DNA of 62,881 nucleotides, the filler included, from Reclinomonas americana ATCC 50394 (Eukaryota): NCBI GenBank assembly GCA_048213135.1. It is 4 parts of 2 records of this genome, joined end to end, with 100 filler letters (N's around TTAATTAATTAA, not from the genome) between each part and the next. Parts side by side here need not be neighbours in the genome. Positions count along the whole stretch, not along the records: positions 13,147 to 31,815 come from PS015385.1; positions 31,916 to 49,535 come from PS015386.1; 2 more parts are not named here. One strand, given 5' to 3'. The translations under genes and the position numbers were made by a program. Each line of letters opens with the position of its first letter. The first letter of the stretch is position 1. This document shows, piece after piece, positions 24,301-36,177 of this stretch. The notes beneath the pieces were generated by a model. That model was given only the letters and a program-made list of their open reading frames with translations. It made no database searches and was not told the DNA's origin.

Positions 24301-27300
24301 CATTGGCCAGATTCCGTGCCAGGTGCTCGAGGCGCAGCCCGATCGCCTCTTCTGCCGCACCGGTGCGTCGTCGACGGCCGGTGACGCCATTGTGAGTGTG
24401 GCAATCGCCGGTGTGACCACTGCCACCGCTCCTGCCGGCACATTCACCTATGCGGCAAATGCCACTCCGACTGTCACCGACGTGTCGCCACAGTCGGGCT
24501 CGGCGGCCAGCACATCGGTGGTGCTGACGGTCACTGGTACCGGCTTCGATTCGAGTGTGCTGTCCAACAATGTGTTGACAGTGGGCACGGGCGCCAGCAC
24601 ACAGCAATGCACTGTGCTCACCGCGACACCCTCGCGCTTCACCTGCTCACTGCCGGCTCTCGGCGTGGGACAGTACGCCTTGTCAGTGCGGGTCGCCGGA
24701 CGTGGTTCGGCCGACGTGCAGAATCGACAGTACACGGCCAGCTTCGCCATCGGCGTCATTTCGCCGCGCACGGGTAGTGTGAACGGTGGACAGACGATCA
24801 CGATCGACGGCGGCGTGTTCTCCGACGCCGGTACCAATCTCACCGGCGTGCCGGAGGTCGTGTCACTCGGCGGAGTGCTGTGCAACCTCGTGTCGGTCTC
24901 GGCCAATCGCATCCTGTGCCAGACGCCGGCGCAAGCAGAGTCGACGGGACCGTTGAGCTTGAGCGCCAACGGCATCAGTGCCCAGTGCGCTGACGTGCCG
25001 GCTGACACTGGCGTACAGCCGTGCGCCTACACCTTCAGCCTCGCGTCCACTCCACGTGTGACAGCCATCAGCTCGACGCTGGTGCGCACCAACGATGTGG
25101 TCACCCTCACCGGCTCCCTGTTCGCCACCGACCCTACGTCCAACACTGTTCTCATCGGCACGTCGCCTTGTGCGGTACTTACGGCCTCGGCAACCAGCCT
25201 CACCTGCCGTGTGTCCAGCGGCAGCGCCACGGCACGCCGCCTGTCGGTCAGTGTTCTTGTCGCCGGCCTCGGCTACGCCTCCACTTCGGCTTCTGCGCAG
25301 TACGCTGTCGTCGGTATGTGTGCATACATGCGCATGGTGTCGACTATTTCTTTCTTCTAAACTCACCATTCTTGGTCGCCCACAGTCACTGGCGTGTCAC
25401 CGTCGTCGGGCGCCTCCTCCGGCGGCAACATTGTCACCATTGTCGGCGAAGGCTTCTCGACAACTCTCTCGAAGAACACGGTCATGTTTGGCGCCACTGC
25501 CTGCACGGTGACACAGGCGGCCACCGATCGCTTGGTTTGCCGCACATCGGCTGGCTCCACCTCCGACGCCGGCAACACGGTGGTGACAGTGGACGGCGTG
25601 CAGGCGCTGTGTGGCAAGCCCGAGTGCTTGTACACGCCGCTGGCCGACTCGGCACCGGTGGTCACCTCGGTGACACCGGCCTCGGGTGGTCCAGGCACGC
25701 AGTTGTTGATCGACGGCGAGAACTTTGGCACCAACAAGTCGAGTTTGCACGTGTATCTGGGCGACACCGAGTGCACGATCGGCGACGCTGATTCGACGCA
25801 CATTGAGTGCACAGTTGGACAGGTGTCGCAAGGAAGCCTGCCGGTGCGCGTCCTCATTGACGGTGTCGGCGAGGCCAGCTCCACTACCACCTTCCTCGTC
25901 CAGTTCTCCATTGGCTCTGTCACTGGCACACTCACTGGCAGCTACGCCGGTGGAACCGCCATCACCATTGCCGGCTCGGGTTTCAGCGGGAGTGCGACCG
26001 CCGTACGCATCTGCGGCTGGCCATGCCGCAACATGCAGGCCACATTCTCCACCATTGTCTGCGACACGCCGCGCTTGATCAACGCCTTTTCCGTCACACA
26101 GTACGGGTTTGGCACGCCGGGTGCAGTGCTTGCTGGCACGCCTATTCGGTCGTCGGGCGGCGACCAGACCTCGTCGGCGTTGGCGGCATTCGACAGTGAC
26201 ATTTCCGGCGTGTTCACCGCCACCGGCTCCAACTCGTTTGTCGGCCTCGACGTGGGCCAAGATTTGGAGGCCGTGCTCACCTCCATTCGCTTCCACCCGG
26301 CGGTGACTGCCGACTCGACGGGCGTCGACTCGATGCTCAACGGCGTGTTCGAGTCGTCAGCCGACGGCCTCTCCTGGTCCACCATGGCGGTGCGCGTCTC
26401 CGAGACATTCTTTCTGCATTTTTCTCTTGTCACTCACATCGCCATTCTGTGTGTTTGTTGTTAGACCATCACTGTCACACCATTCACCAACTGGAACACG
26501 ATCCGCATGGCTTCGTCGACGCCGGTGACGGCTCGCTACTTCCGCTACCGTGGAGCGCAGAAGACCATGGTGGCCGAGATTGAGTTCCGTGGCCTGCTGC
26601 GCAGCTCGCGGAACGACGGTCGCTGCCCGATTCGTATCTCGGCCGGCTCGCAGTCGGCGCTGACGGCCTCCCAGACGTTTGTGTACTCGGCGGCACAGAC
26701 ACCAGTAATCACGCAAATGACACCCAACCGTGGCTTGGCGGTCGGCGGCACACGCTTGACGCTCACCGGCACCAACTTGTCGACGGCCTCCAACGGCATC
26801 GCAGTCACCATTGGTGGCGTAGCGTGCCAAGTGGCTCAATCGACCAGCACGCAAATTGTGTGTCTGACGGCAGCTCGCAACAACAGTGCGCCGAATCAGC
26901 GCTTGGTGGTGCTCTCCGACGGCCGTCATGCAGCACTTGCCGCGGGCGTCTCGTTCGCATACATGGATCTGTGGTCGTCGCCTGCGACGTGGCCGTCGGG
27001 CGCGGTACCAGTGGCCGGCCAGTCGGTGACCATTCCGGCCGGGCAGTCGATTCTGCTCGACCAGTCCACGGGCCTTCTCGGCACTGTTACAGTGGCGGGT
27101 GAATTGGTGTTTGACCGCAAGGATCTCAACATGGATGCGATCCTCATCCTGGTTCCTGCCGGTGGCCGCTTGGAGATCGGCACGGAGGCGGAGCCGTTTG
27201 TGCAGCGCGTCACCATCACCCTGTACGGGCAGCGTCAGGCCAGTGACCGTGGCGTGGCTCCCTTTGGCAACAAGGCGATTGGCGTGGACTCGGGCATTCT

Positions 27301-30300
27301 CGAGCTGCACGGCGCAGTTCCGCTCATCACCTGGGCGCCACTCGGATCCTCGGTCGCCGTCGGTGCCACCAGCATCACTCTGGCGAATTCTGTCACGTGG
27401 GCCGCCGGCCAGTCCATCGTCATTGCGCCGAGCGGATTCGCTAGCACAGAGGCTGAGCAGCGCACCATCACGGCCGTGTCGGCCGACGGGCGCGTCCTCA
27501 CCTTGGATACGCCGCTGACGTATGCGCATTACGGAGCCATTGAGGATGTGACTGGCGACGGCAACGCCGCCGGCCAGTTGGACATGCGTGCAGAAGTGGG
27601 CTTGCTGTCGCGCAACATTGTCATTCAGGGCGATGTTGACTCTTCGGAGGCCGACCAGTACGGCGCACATGTCATGTTCATCTCGACGGCCGGCGACAAT
27701 GGTGCGATTGGTCGCATTGAGGGCGTGGAGCTGCGACGAGTGGGTCAGTCGAACGGTACCGGCCGCCATCCGATCTACTTTAACCAGATTGGCGACGTCA
27801 GCCAGTCGTACGTGCGCAACTGCTCGATCTACAACAGCTACAGCCGCGGTCTGGTGATGCAAGCGGTCAACAATCTCTCTGTCGTGAACAATGTGGCCTA
27901 CAGTTGCGCACTCCCTTTCTCCTTCCCCCCCCCCCCTCTTCGTCTTCCTCCTCTCACATCACTCATTGACGCCTCGCACAGACATTCGTGGTCATGCATT
28001 CTGTCTGCATGACGGCGCCGAAAGGGGCAACGTCCTCACCGGCAACTTGGCCATTCGCGTGCGCTCGTCGACCTCACTGGAGGAGAGCGACTTGCTGGCT
28101 TCTGGTTTCTACGTGACCAGCCCGGCAAATACACTCAATTTCAACGCGGTCGGCGGTGCGGGTGGATTCGGTTTCTGGTACAACCCGCCGGAGAGTCCTC
28201 TCGGTCCGTCGTACGTGCCCAACGCCTGCCCTGTCAACGATCCGCTGCTGGTTTTCAGCAACAACTCAGCACACTCGTGCGCATGGTCGGGCTTGCGCAT
28301 CTCGGATCGTTACGATCCGCGCCAGCAACCGTGCATCGGCGGCAGCTACACCGACAACCCCGCAGTGCCGGCCACCTTCACCTCGTTCACGGCCTACAAG
28401 AACCAGCGCAACGGCTTGATGGCCTTCAGCGTCGGCGCCGCCACCTTTGTGGACTTCCGTGTCGCAGAGAACCGCCTGGCTGGCTTGGAGGTTATTCGCG
28501 CCACGGGTCCGGCCGGCTCCACTCGCTTTGTGAACGCCATTGCCGTCGGTCTCACCAAGAACGACGTCGGCGGTCACAACGCAGACTTCAACCCGGTGGG
28601 CATCCGCACGGCGCAGAGTGAGGGATTCCGTGTTGACGGAGTGACGCTGGTGAACTGGAGTGCCAGCAACGTGGTGGCGCTGCAGTCGTGTGCGCAGTGC
28701 GCCTCCACCGATTTCCGCAGCAACGGCGCCTTCACCACGATTTTCACCGGTGTGCGCTGGATCAACACCTCTCGTCGCATCCAGTGGGGTCCACTGCGCA
28801 AGGACATCTACAAGAGCGAGGACAACACTCTCATCCCGTCGGTGCCGCAGGCCACCGTGACGCCCAACTGGCCGCACTTGCGGGTGACGAACTGCACGGT
28901 GAACGCCGATCTCGACGACTCCCTGGTGTGCGCCAGCTCGGTGACGATTCGTCGCATGAGCATGTGGAATCTGCAGCCGTTTGCGGCGCTCAATGGCCAG
29001 CCGTTGCTCATTTCACGCAATGGCGACGTGTCGAGCGTTCCGTTCCAGTCGCAGTCCAACCCCTCCAATGGCTACGCCATTGGCATGGCCATGGGCGAGT
29101 CGTACACGGTGGGCTTTGACGGCGCCCTGGACTGGACGTTCTTCAACATGCGGTTCGACTCGCTGGCCGCCGCCGACACGCTCAAGCTGCGATTGCCTTA
29201 CAGTGGCTTCCGCACCAACATGCTGGTCGACACGGACAACATTTTGCGCTCTTCAAGCTCGCAGACCGACGTCGACAAGTCCACGGCCAAGCACGGCGTC
29301 TTCTTCCACAACACCGATCAGCGTTACATTGATGTGCGCATTTCCGGCACGGGCCCAGGCACGCCGCTTCTCACCATGTACTCGGACCTGTGCCCGACAA
29401 GTGTGTGCTCGACGGCGCCGGAGGATGGCTCGCAGGCGGTGACGCGCCGCTGGAGCAATGTCGGCACGTGGCCCACGGGCACACTGCCAGACACGGAGGA
29501 CTACGTGCTCATCCCAAGCGGTGAGACCGTTCTGTACGACCTGCTGTCGTCACCGGTGTTCGCCACGGTCGAAGTGCGCGGAACGCTCACATTCGACTCG
29601 ACGTTTGCCACACTCAACACCAAGCGCCTGTGGATTAATGGCGGCACGGTAAATGTGGGTACGGCGACGGAACCGTGGCCATTCCGCGGTGGCATTATGC
29701 TGTACGGCACCGAGCAGGGCAATGCCTCGCCGGCCTCGGTGAACGCCAGCGAAGCTCCCATTCCAGCAAAGACCATTCTCAACGCAGGCACCCTGGCCAT
29801 TTACGCTCTTCCGCCGAGGTGTGTAATTGCTTCATCTGTTCACTCGATGTGGTCTCGTCTCCTCAAGCTGCCTCTCTCTCTCGCAGCCACTCCTTCTCCA
29901 AGTTGGCTCTGGATGCATCACCAAAGGACAGCGTCATCCAAGTCGTCGATGCTGTGCAGTGGTTGCCTGGCGACACGATCATTATTGCGTCGTCTGAGCA
30001 GGCAGCCGACCAGGCCGAGCGTCGCATGATCATGTCGGTGGCCAAGGGTGCGGGTGGCGTCACGTCATTGGCCCTCGATCAACCGTTGCAGTACCGACAC
30101 CAGGTACAGCCCTTCTCTATGAGACAGACAAACATTTCCGCGAGTGACACTCATGATCCATTGTGTATGCAGGGATCGCTTGTGCGCGCAGGCACGGCCA
30201 GCATGGATACGCGGGCCGAGGTTGCACTGCTGAAGCGCTCGTTCACCATCCAGAACGGCGACAATGCCGACACGGTCCGCTGCAATGTCATCACTCTCGG

Positions 30301-31815
30301 CGCGGCCACCACCACCCTGTCCAACGTGGCATTGACCGGCTGCGGCGGTGATCAGCGTCCAGCATTGCGCTTCCTCGGTGTGTCATCGGCGTCGCAAGTC
30401 GTCGGTTCGCTGGTCAATCTGAGCGGCGGCATCGCCCTGGACATTGAGTCGAGTGCCGGCGTTGTTGTGCGCTCGAGTGTGTTTGCCGGCAGTGTTGGCA
30501 GCACGGTGCGCGTCACCGGCCTCGCCAACATTCTCACCAACAATCTGTCGCTGGGCGCCACGGCACCCACGCCGGCTGCCAACTCGCCTGCGGCTGTGGT
30601 GGCTTCGTACGAGATTCTGTCGCCCACCACATTCGCCGACAACATTGCCGCCGGTTCCACTGGCATCGGCTACCTGGGTGTCTTCGACTCGTGCACGTCA
30701 CCGACACCACTGATGGGTGCGGTGACGGTCCACTCGTCGGCACACGGCGTGTTCGTGTTGCCGTCTGATGAGCAGCAGAGCTGCATCGCCGTGCGCAGCG
30801 TCAACGCCTTCTCCAACCGCGTGGCTGGCGTGTACGCCAACGTGCGTGCCAATGTGATTGTCACCGACAGTCGCCTCGTCGGCAACCAGAATGGCGTCGT
30901 CCTCATGCACGCCGATCTCGGCGACTCGCGCAACAACATGCAAGTGTTGAACACGATTGTGCTCGGCAGGTGAGTGTGTCGTTTGCGCTTGCTTTTCCCA
31001 GCCAGACGAAAATCTCCTTGTTTCTAAATCACGGGTTCTCGCCTTTGCTGCAGTCGTGGACCGACCGAGTGCAACAGCAATGTGGGCATTCGATCGGCGT
31101 CATTCACCAATGGCCTCAAGGTGTGTGTCTCCGTCTCCGCAAGGTGACGATGTTTCTCCGTCTCATTCCCTCACGTTGTCTTGCGTGCCCCAAATGAACA
31201 GGGTCTTCCGTCGGCCATGCCCGCGCAGACTGAAACGTGGCTGATGCCGGCCGGCACGGCGGCAATTGACGGCCAGTTCAACCTGAAGGCAGTGACATTT
31301 GGCAACTTTTTCGACAGCTCCACGGCCTGCGCCAGCACCAGCCGTGCATTTGCCAACAACAAGTGGGCGCGCGATTCGTTCCACAAGCACACATTTGAGG
31401 GCATCACGTGGCTCCCTACTGTTGATGAGGCCGCCAAGTTCCTGCTGCAGTCCAGTGGCTCGACGTTGCGTGCGACATGACACGACAGGTCTCCGTGTGT
31501 CGCACTCTGCTCACTCTCTGCTTTCCGCACACGCAGTGGCGATGCCACGACGGGAGTCGTGTTGTGGGATCTCGATGGCTCGTTGGTGGGCTCTGCCATG
31601 TCGACACCCGCCACCAAGGCATTCGTTGTCTCCAATAACCCCACGCTGGCGGATGGCCAGCGATGCCAGTCAGTTTCGAGTTGGAACGCATTCAAGGTCA
31701 GTTCCTACCTCGTGACGCACAGCGCGTGTTGGCTGACCTGACCACCTCGATGCAGTGCGCGGATTTGAGCTACGTGCGTGTGCTGTTGCACAACCTGGAC
31801 TCGGATGGCGAGAGT
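21326..31815 (+). CDS. fibrocystin-L / PKHD1L1-like large surface protein (IPT/TIG repeats, PA14, discoidin-like domain, two G8 domains, parallel beta-helix regions); 5' end in a gap
   Basis: More than 10 TIG repeats (SVSPxxGxxxGGTxxxIxGxGF...V.IG..C). PA14 motif: NYGQRMTGFF..GLHQFILTGDDSAELW..LTAGQRYWMQVLHKQ. Discoidin-like: AAFDSD..ARYFRY..VAEIEF. G8-1: WSSPATWPSGAVPVAGQSVTIPAGQSILLD..RAEVGLLSRNIVIQG..GRHPIYF. G8-2: WSNVGTWPTGTLP..RAEVALLKRS. Confidence 0.9.
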
Positions 31816-31859
31816 NNNNNNNNNNNNNNNNNNNNNNNNNNNNNNNNNNNNNNNNNNNN

Positions 31860-31871
31860 TTAATTAATTAA
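31860..31871. other. artificial six-frame-stop linker in a gap of unknown size
   Basis: 44N-TTAATTAATTAA-44N. Confidence 0.95.
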
Positions 31872-31915
31872 NNNNNNNNNNNNNNNNNNNNNNNNNNNNN
31901 NNNNNNNNNNNNNNN

Positions 31916-33526
31916 GAGTACATTGCCGGCAAGCTGGGTCTGAACAGCAAGACCGACCTGGTGCACTTGCTGAAGGCCGACGTTGCGTTTTGCCTGCCGG
32001 AATGTACGAAGCAAGAAAGAGCAACTTACCTCCGTTGCTGCGTGTTGCTTCACAGTCGATTTACAAGGCGGCAGCCAGCACACGTTTCATGTGGGCGGTG
32101 ATTGATACGAGTGCAGCGGCGGCCAACCTCGGCACGCTCTCGGCCGACTTTACACCACTGGCGGCCATGGATCTCACCGCCATCGCCAACCAGATTCGGA
32201 CGTCCCTGCTTGACGGCACCCTGGTGCCCAATGTCACCGTCAACACGACGACCGTAACGCGCTCACAGTCGCCGTCGTCGGTGCAGTCCGACGTTGTGAC
32301 GCCGTCGAATCCGGTACGCATTTTTCTCACTGCGACATTGCAGTGCCCCACTCAATTCACTCATTCGCGCGTTTTCTCTTGCAGTCGACACCAACACCGA
32401 CGCCGACACCAACGCCGACGCCGACGNNNNNNNNNNNNNNNNNNNNGTTGGTGCCGTCGTTGGTGGTGTTATTGGCTTGCCGCTGGTCATTTTGATTGTG
32501 TGGTTGACGGCTCGCTGGTTCCGCAACCGCAAGAGCGGCCCGTTGGGTCCGCGGAATGCGGCCGCCAACTACGGCGCGGCAGCGTCGGAGGCCTCCACGC
32601 ATCCTCACCAGCGCGAGCAGCCGTCATGGTTCAACGACGACGACACGGCCACCGAGCAGACTGCCGTCGATCCGACGCCACGCACTGCGCGTGGGCACAA
32701 GGGTGGCATCGCGCTGCCGCCGGCTCCACCGGTGCCACCGCGTGCCGTCAACTCATCTGCACCACTGTCGCCACGCTCCGGCAACGTCTCACCGCGCCGT
32801 GGGTCGGCCGGCACACCGCGCTTGCCGCAGCTCACTCCGCGCCAGCAGCAACAGCAGCAACAACAGCAGCAGCAGCAGCAGGTGGCGGCACACATGGGTC
32901 GCAGCGATCGTGGCATGATCAACTCGCCATTCGCGCCGCAGATGGAGGACGGCACCGACACTGCGCCGACCGTCACCGAGACAACACACACATCACGCAG
33001 TGGCCGTCCCCTGCTGCCGGGCACCGGCAGTGGTGGTGTGGGTGGGGAGATTGCGCCGCGTCGCACACCGCGCACACTCGAGGCAGATGCTGCACCGCCA
33101 AACTCTGCACGCAGCGTGTCTGGCGTGACTCTGACCACGGAGACTCCCCGTTCGGCGCGCGCACAGGCGGCGGCGACGGAGGCCGAGCGCAAGGCCGTGG
33201 CCGACGCGCTGTTTGACGAATCGAGCTCGGCGAGTGCGAGTGGCAACACGACCGCCCGTCGTCGCAGCGAGACAAGCGCACTCGATTTGCTGGATCAGGC
33301 ACTGGCCAGTGAGCTGTCGCGTATGAACGGCGCGCAGAACTTTGTGCGCGTACGCCACGGCGAGTACGTTTGCAACGGCGATCACATTACGGTGTGGGCG
33401 GCCGACGGACGCATCTTTGTGCGCTCCCGCGGTCGCGTGATGCCACTGGCGTCGTACATCACCGACAGATCACTGTCGTCGATGCAAGGCAGCTCGACGA
33501 GCATTGACTTTGAGGATGTGTTTTGA
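31916..33526 (+). CDS. C-terminal part of a type-I membrane protein, probably the fibrocystin-like gene: stalk, PT repeat, TM helix, Pro/Gln-rich tail, GAS2/GAR-like terminal domain
   Basis: Same strand as the upstream gene. (TP)n linker at about 32386-32426; TM VGAVVGGVIGLPLVILIVWLTA followed by RWFRNRK; polyQ at about 32843-32881; ends ...FVRVRHGEYVCNGDHITVWAADGRIFVRSRGRVMPLASYI...DFEDVF*. Confidence 0.75.
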
Positions 33527-33659
33527 GGCGGGCGAGGAGTGTGGAACAGAGAAAAATTATGTAGAGAAACGAACGACCATGTAACGAAAAACAAATGAAG
33601 CCATGTTACCGATGTGAAGAAACGATCGATATCAAGCAGGTACAGGGTCGTCGATGCTC

Positions 33660-34852
33660 TCAGTGGAGGACCAGTTCCTCCAACTGCACGTTAGGGGAGA
33701 GTCGAGTGAGAAAGCAAATACATCAGCACACACAAGGAGAGAAGAGTACGCACCGAGTACTCCTTCTCGCGAATGTTGCGGAAGGGTCGGTCGCCGTCAA
33801 CGTAGAAATCTGGAGGGAGATGAGGAGGTGGCATGCAGACACATATAATCGCAGTCGCCGTCTCACCGTCGTACTTGAGGGCCACGGCACTGCGGAAGCC
33901 GAGCGTCAACAGGCCACGCTGAGAGAACTCACCGGTCGACTGGCCGACCACGCGACCAAAGTGCAACTGGCGCGCCCGCTGAACGCTGAGTTCCTCGAGA
34001 GTCGACATGATGCCCTACACGTGTGTGTAAGCCGCATGCAAGAAAAGTCTAGTCTGGTGGGAGCCGCGATCAGCAAGGGACAGACCTTGTTGCGATATCG
34101 AGGACCGGCCTTGACGCCACCAATGAGCAACTGGAGCGTGTCGTCGAGGACGGTGCCGGGTTGGAAGCCGCGCTTACGGGCATACTCGTCATCCACGTAC
34201 TTACTGGCGGCCAGCAAAGCGTCGGCAGCCGGGTGCGCCGCCAGCCACTCCTTCCAGCCCGGAGGACGTGGCGATCCGAACACCTGATTCAGCAGCACAC
34301 CGACCATCGAGTTGTCGGTCTTGGAGAAGGCGCCAAACGACAGCCCGTTGCCCTGCGCATGGGGGGGAAGAGGTGTGTTGATCAGAGATCCAGAGAGTGT
34401 GTGAAAGGGAGACAGCCACTGACCGCGCAGTAGGGAGCGTACAACGCAGCGTATCCGGCCCACCACTCGTCGCCAATGCCTGCGTCGAGCGTGTGTGTAT
34501 GAGAGAGTGTACGATCAAAGAGAGAGAGAGAGAGACTCACCGATGGCCATCGAGATCGGCTCATGCAAAAAGCTGCGCGACAAGACCACTGCTGCCTCAT
34601 CGGCATCCGCCGGCCGCAGCTCACGAAACGTGACAAAGAACGACTCACGCTCCGGTGCCTTGGCACTGCGCAGAAGCCATCAGTCGCAAAAGCAGAGCTG
34701 AACAAGCAACAGCAAAGACAAGAAAGATCGCACCTGTGAGCATCCAACGGCTTGCGCACTGCTGCAGTCGTCGACATGCAAGCAACAGAGGCGATCGTCA
34801 TCGCTCTTCTGCAGAGAGCAGCACGAGGCAACGAGAGCGCCATCGTCATCAT
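33660..34852 (-). CDS. GNAT-family N-acetyltransferase (AANAT-like) with a probable mitochondrial presequence
   Basis: Spliced ..DEAAVVLSRSFLHEPISMAI|..|GNGLSFGAFSKTDNSMVGVLLN..GVKAGPRYRNK|GIMSTLEELSVQRARQLHF..STGEFSQRGLLTLGF, containing the acetyl-CoA motif YRxKGI. The N-terminus (MALSLPRAALCRRAM) is Arg/Ala-rich and lacks acidic residues. Confidence 0.75.
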
Positions 34853-34941
34853 CGTCTGTGCACAGAGAGAGATGCCAAGGAGGATGCGAGGGCGATTCCC
34901 AGCAGAACATCGATCAAACGACTAGTGACCAGTGTGCATCG

Positions 34942-35237
34942 ATGGATCGCGATAGTGAATCGCTTGTGCCTCCACGCGGCAGTGCAGAGAGCGCAACGTG
35001 GCCATCGCCAACGCCTTCGCATGACACGTCAGCGGCCACAGCGCAGGCGGCTGGAGGAGCTGACATGTCCCACTCAGAGGGGGGAGACGATGTTGGTGAG
35101 CAGCTGTTTGGCGCAGCGGTGGCAGGTGGCGATGATGATGATGATGGGGAGTGCCCGTGCATCAAGGGCGTGAAGGTTGGTTTGTGTAGAGAGAGAGTGT
35201 GTGAAGAGTGTGTGCATTGTGTGTGTCGGAGTGTGCG

Positions 35238-35332
<95 letters not shown>

Positions 35333-35658
35333 TGAGTGAGGATCAATCTTGTTTATGTGATGCATGCTCGCAGGAGGGACCGTGTGGCGAGGTGTTCATG
35401 GACGCCTTCAACTGCTACCGCAACAGCACAGCAGAGGAGAAGGGTAGTGACTGTGGCGAGTTCTTTGGCAAGCTGCGAGTTGCGTGCACACAGAGACGGA
35501 GATCACACGCGCGCGGAGTCACTGAGTGTGTGTGTGTGTGCGCGTAGGTGTGCATGGAGGAGCATCCAGATGCGTTTGCCAGCTTGCGAGGAGGCGATGA
35601 AGAGGAGGAGTATGACGATAGTGATGTGGACGACGCAGTGACGGCGTTGTCACCTTGA
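34942..35658 (+). CDS. MIA40: mitochondrial intermembrane-space oxidoreductase Mia40/CHCHD4
   Basis: Spliced ..ECPCIKGVK|EGPCGEVFMDAFNCYRNSTAEEKGSDCGEFFGKLR|VCMEEHPDAF..: CPC motif plus twin CX9C. Confidence 0.92.
35240..35329. repeat. (GT)n microsatellite in MIA40 intron 1
   Basis: Perfect dinucleotide run of about 90 nt. Confidence 0.95.
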
Positions 35659-35766
35659 TGCATGCTTGTTTGCTGTTTGTTTTTGTGATCCACACCCGCG
35701 TATAGAGAGAGGGCGAGTGAGTGAGTGGGGAATACACTACTGTTTGCTTGCTTTTACTCATCGCCA

Positions 35767-36114
35767 TCATCGTGGTCGCTTTGCCTGTGTGCGCATGCGT
35801 CAGCAAAAGGAGTGCGAGTGTGTCGAGTGACAATGAGTGACGCAACGTGCTGTTGAATGCACGTCCATAGTTGCATAAACTCCGCCTCGCACGTGTTCTG
35901 CTGCAGCTGCTTCATGTTGCTGGTCACACAGGCACCGTATGCACGAGCCTTGCATGCAGTCGCACAGTCAGTCACTCATCTCTCTCTCACACACACTCAC
36001 AGGCACACATCGCACCTGCACGTGGCACTGTGCAAGTGCGCTGGCCAGTCGATGCGGTTGTCGCACAGATGCAGACTCTGTGGAGAAGAGGCGGGCCTGC
36101 GCGCTGCGACTCAT
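35767..36114 (-). CDS. NDUFAF8: twin CX9C complex I assembly factor, NDUFAF8-like
   Basis: Spliced MSRSAQARLFS..RLASALAQCHVQ|ARAYGACVTSNMKQLQQNTCEAEFMQLWTCIQQH|AKRPR*, with the CxxxAxAYGxC...CxxEFxxLxxC signature. Confidence 0.8.
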
Positions 36115-36177
36115 GCGGAAATAGCAATCAGAGTGTCCTGCACCCTCTCTCGCTCTCTGTTTGTCTGTGTAGTTGCA

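Noticed and set aside
26357..27862. 501-aa antisense ORF and other long shadow ORFs
   Set aside because: They lie opposite well-supported GC-rich exons and are the expected codon-bias shadows.
35074..35365. Poly-HT / poly-VC ORFs
   Set aside because: Translations of intronic (GT)n microsatellites.
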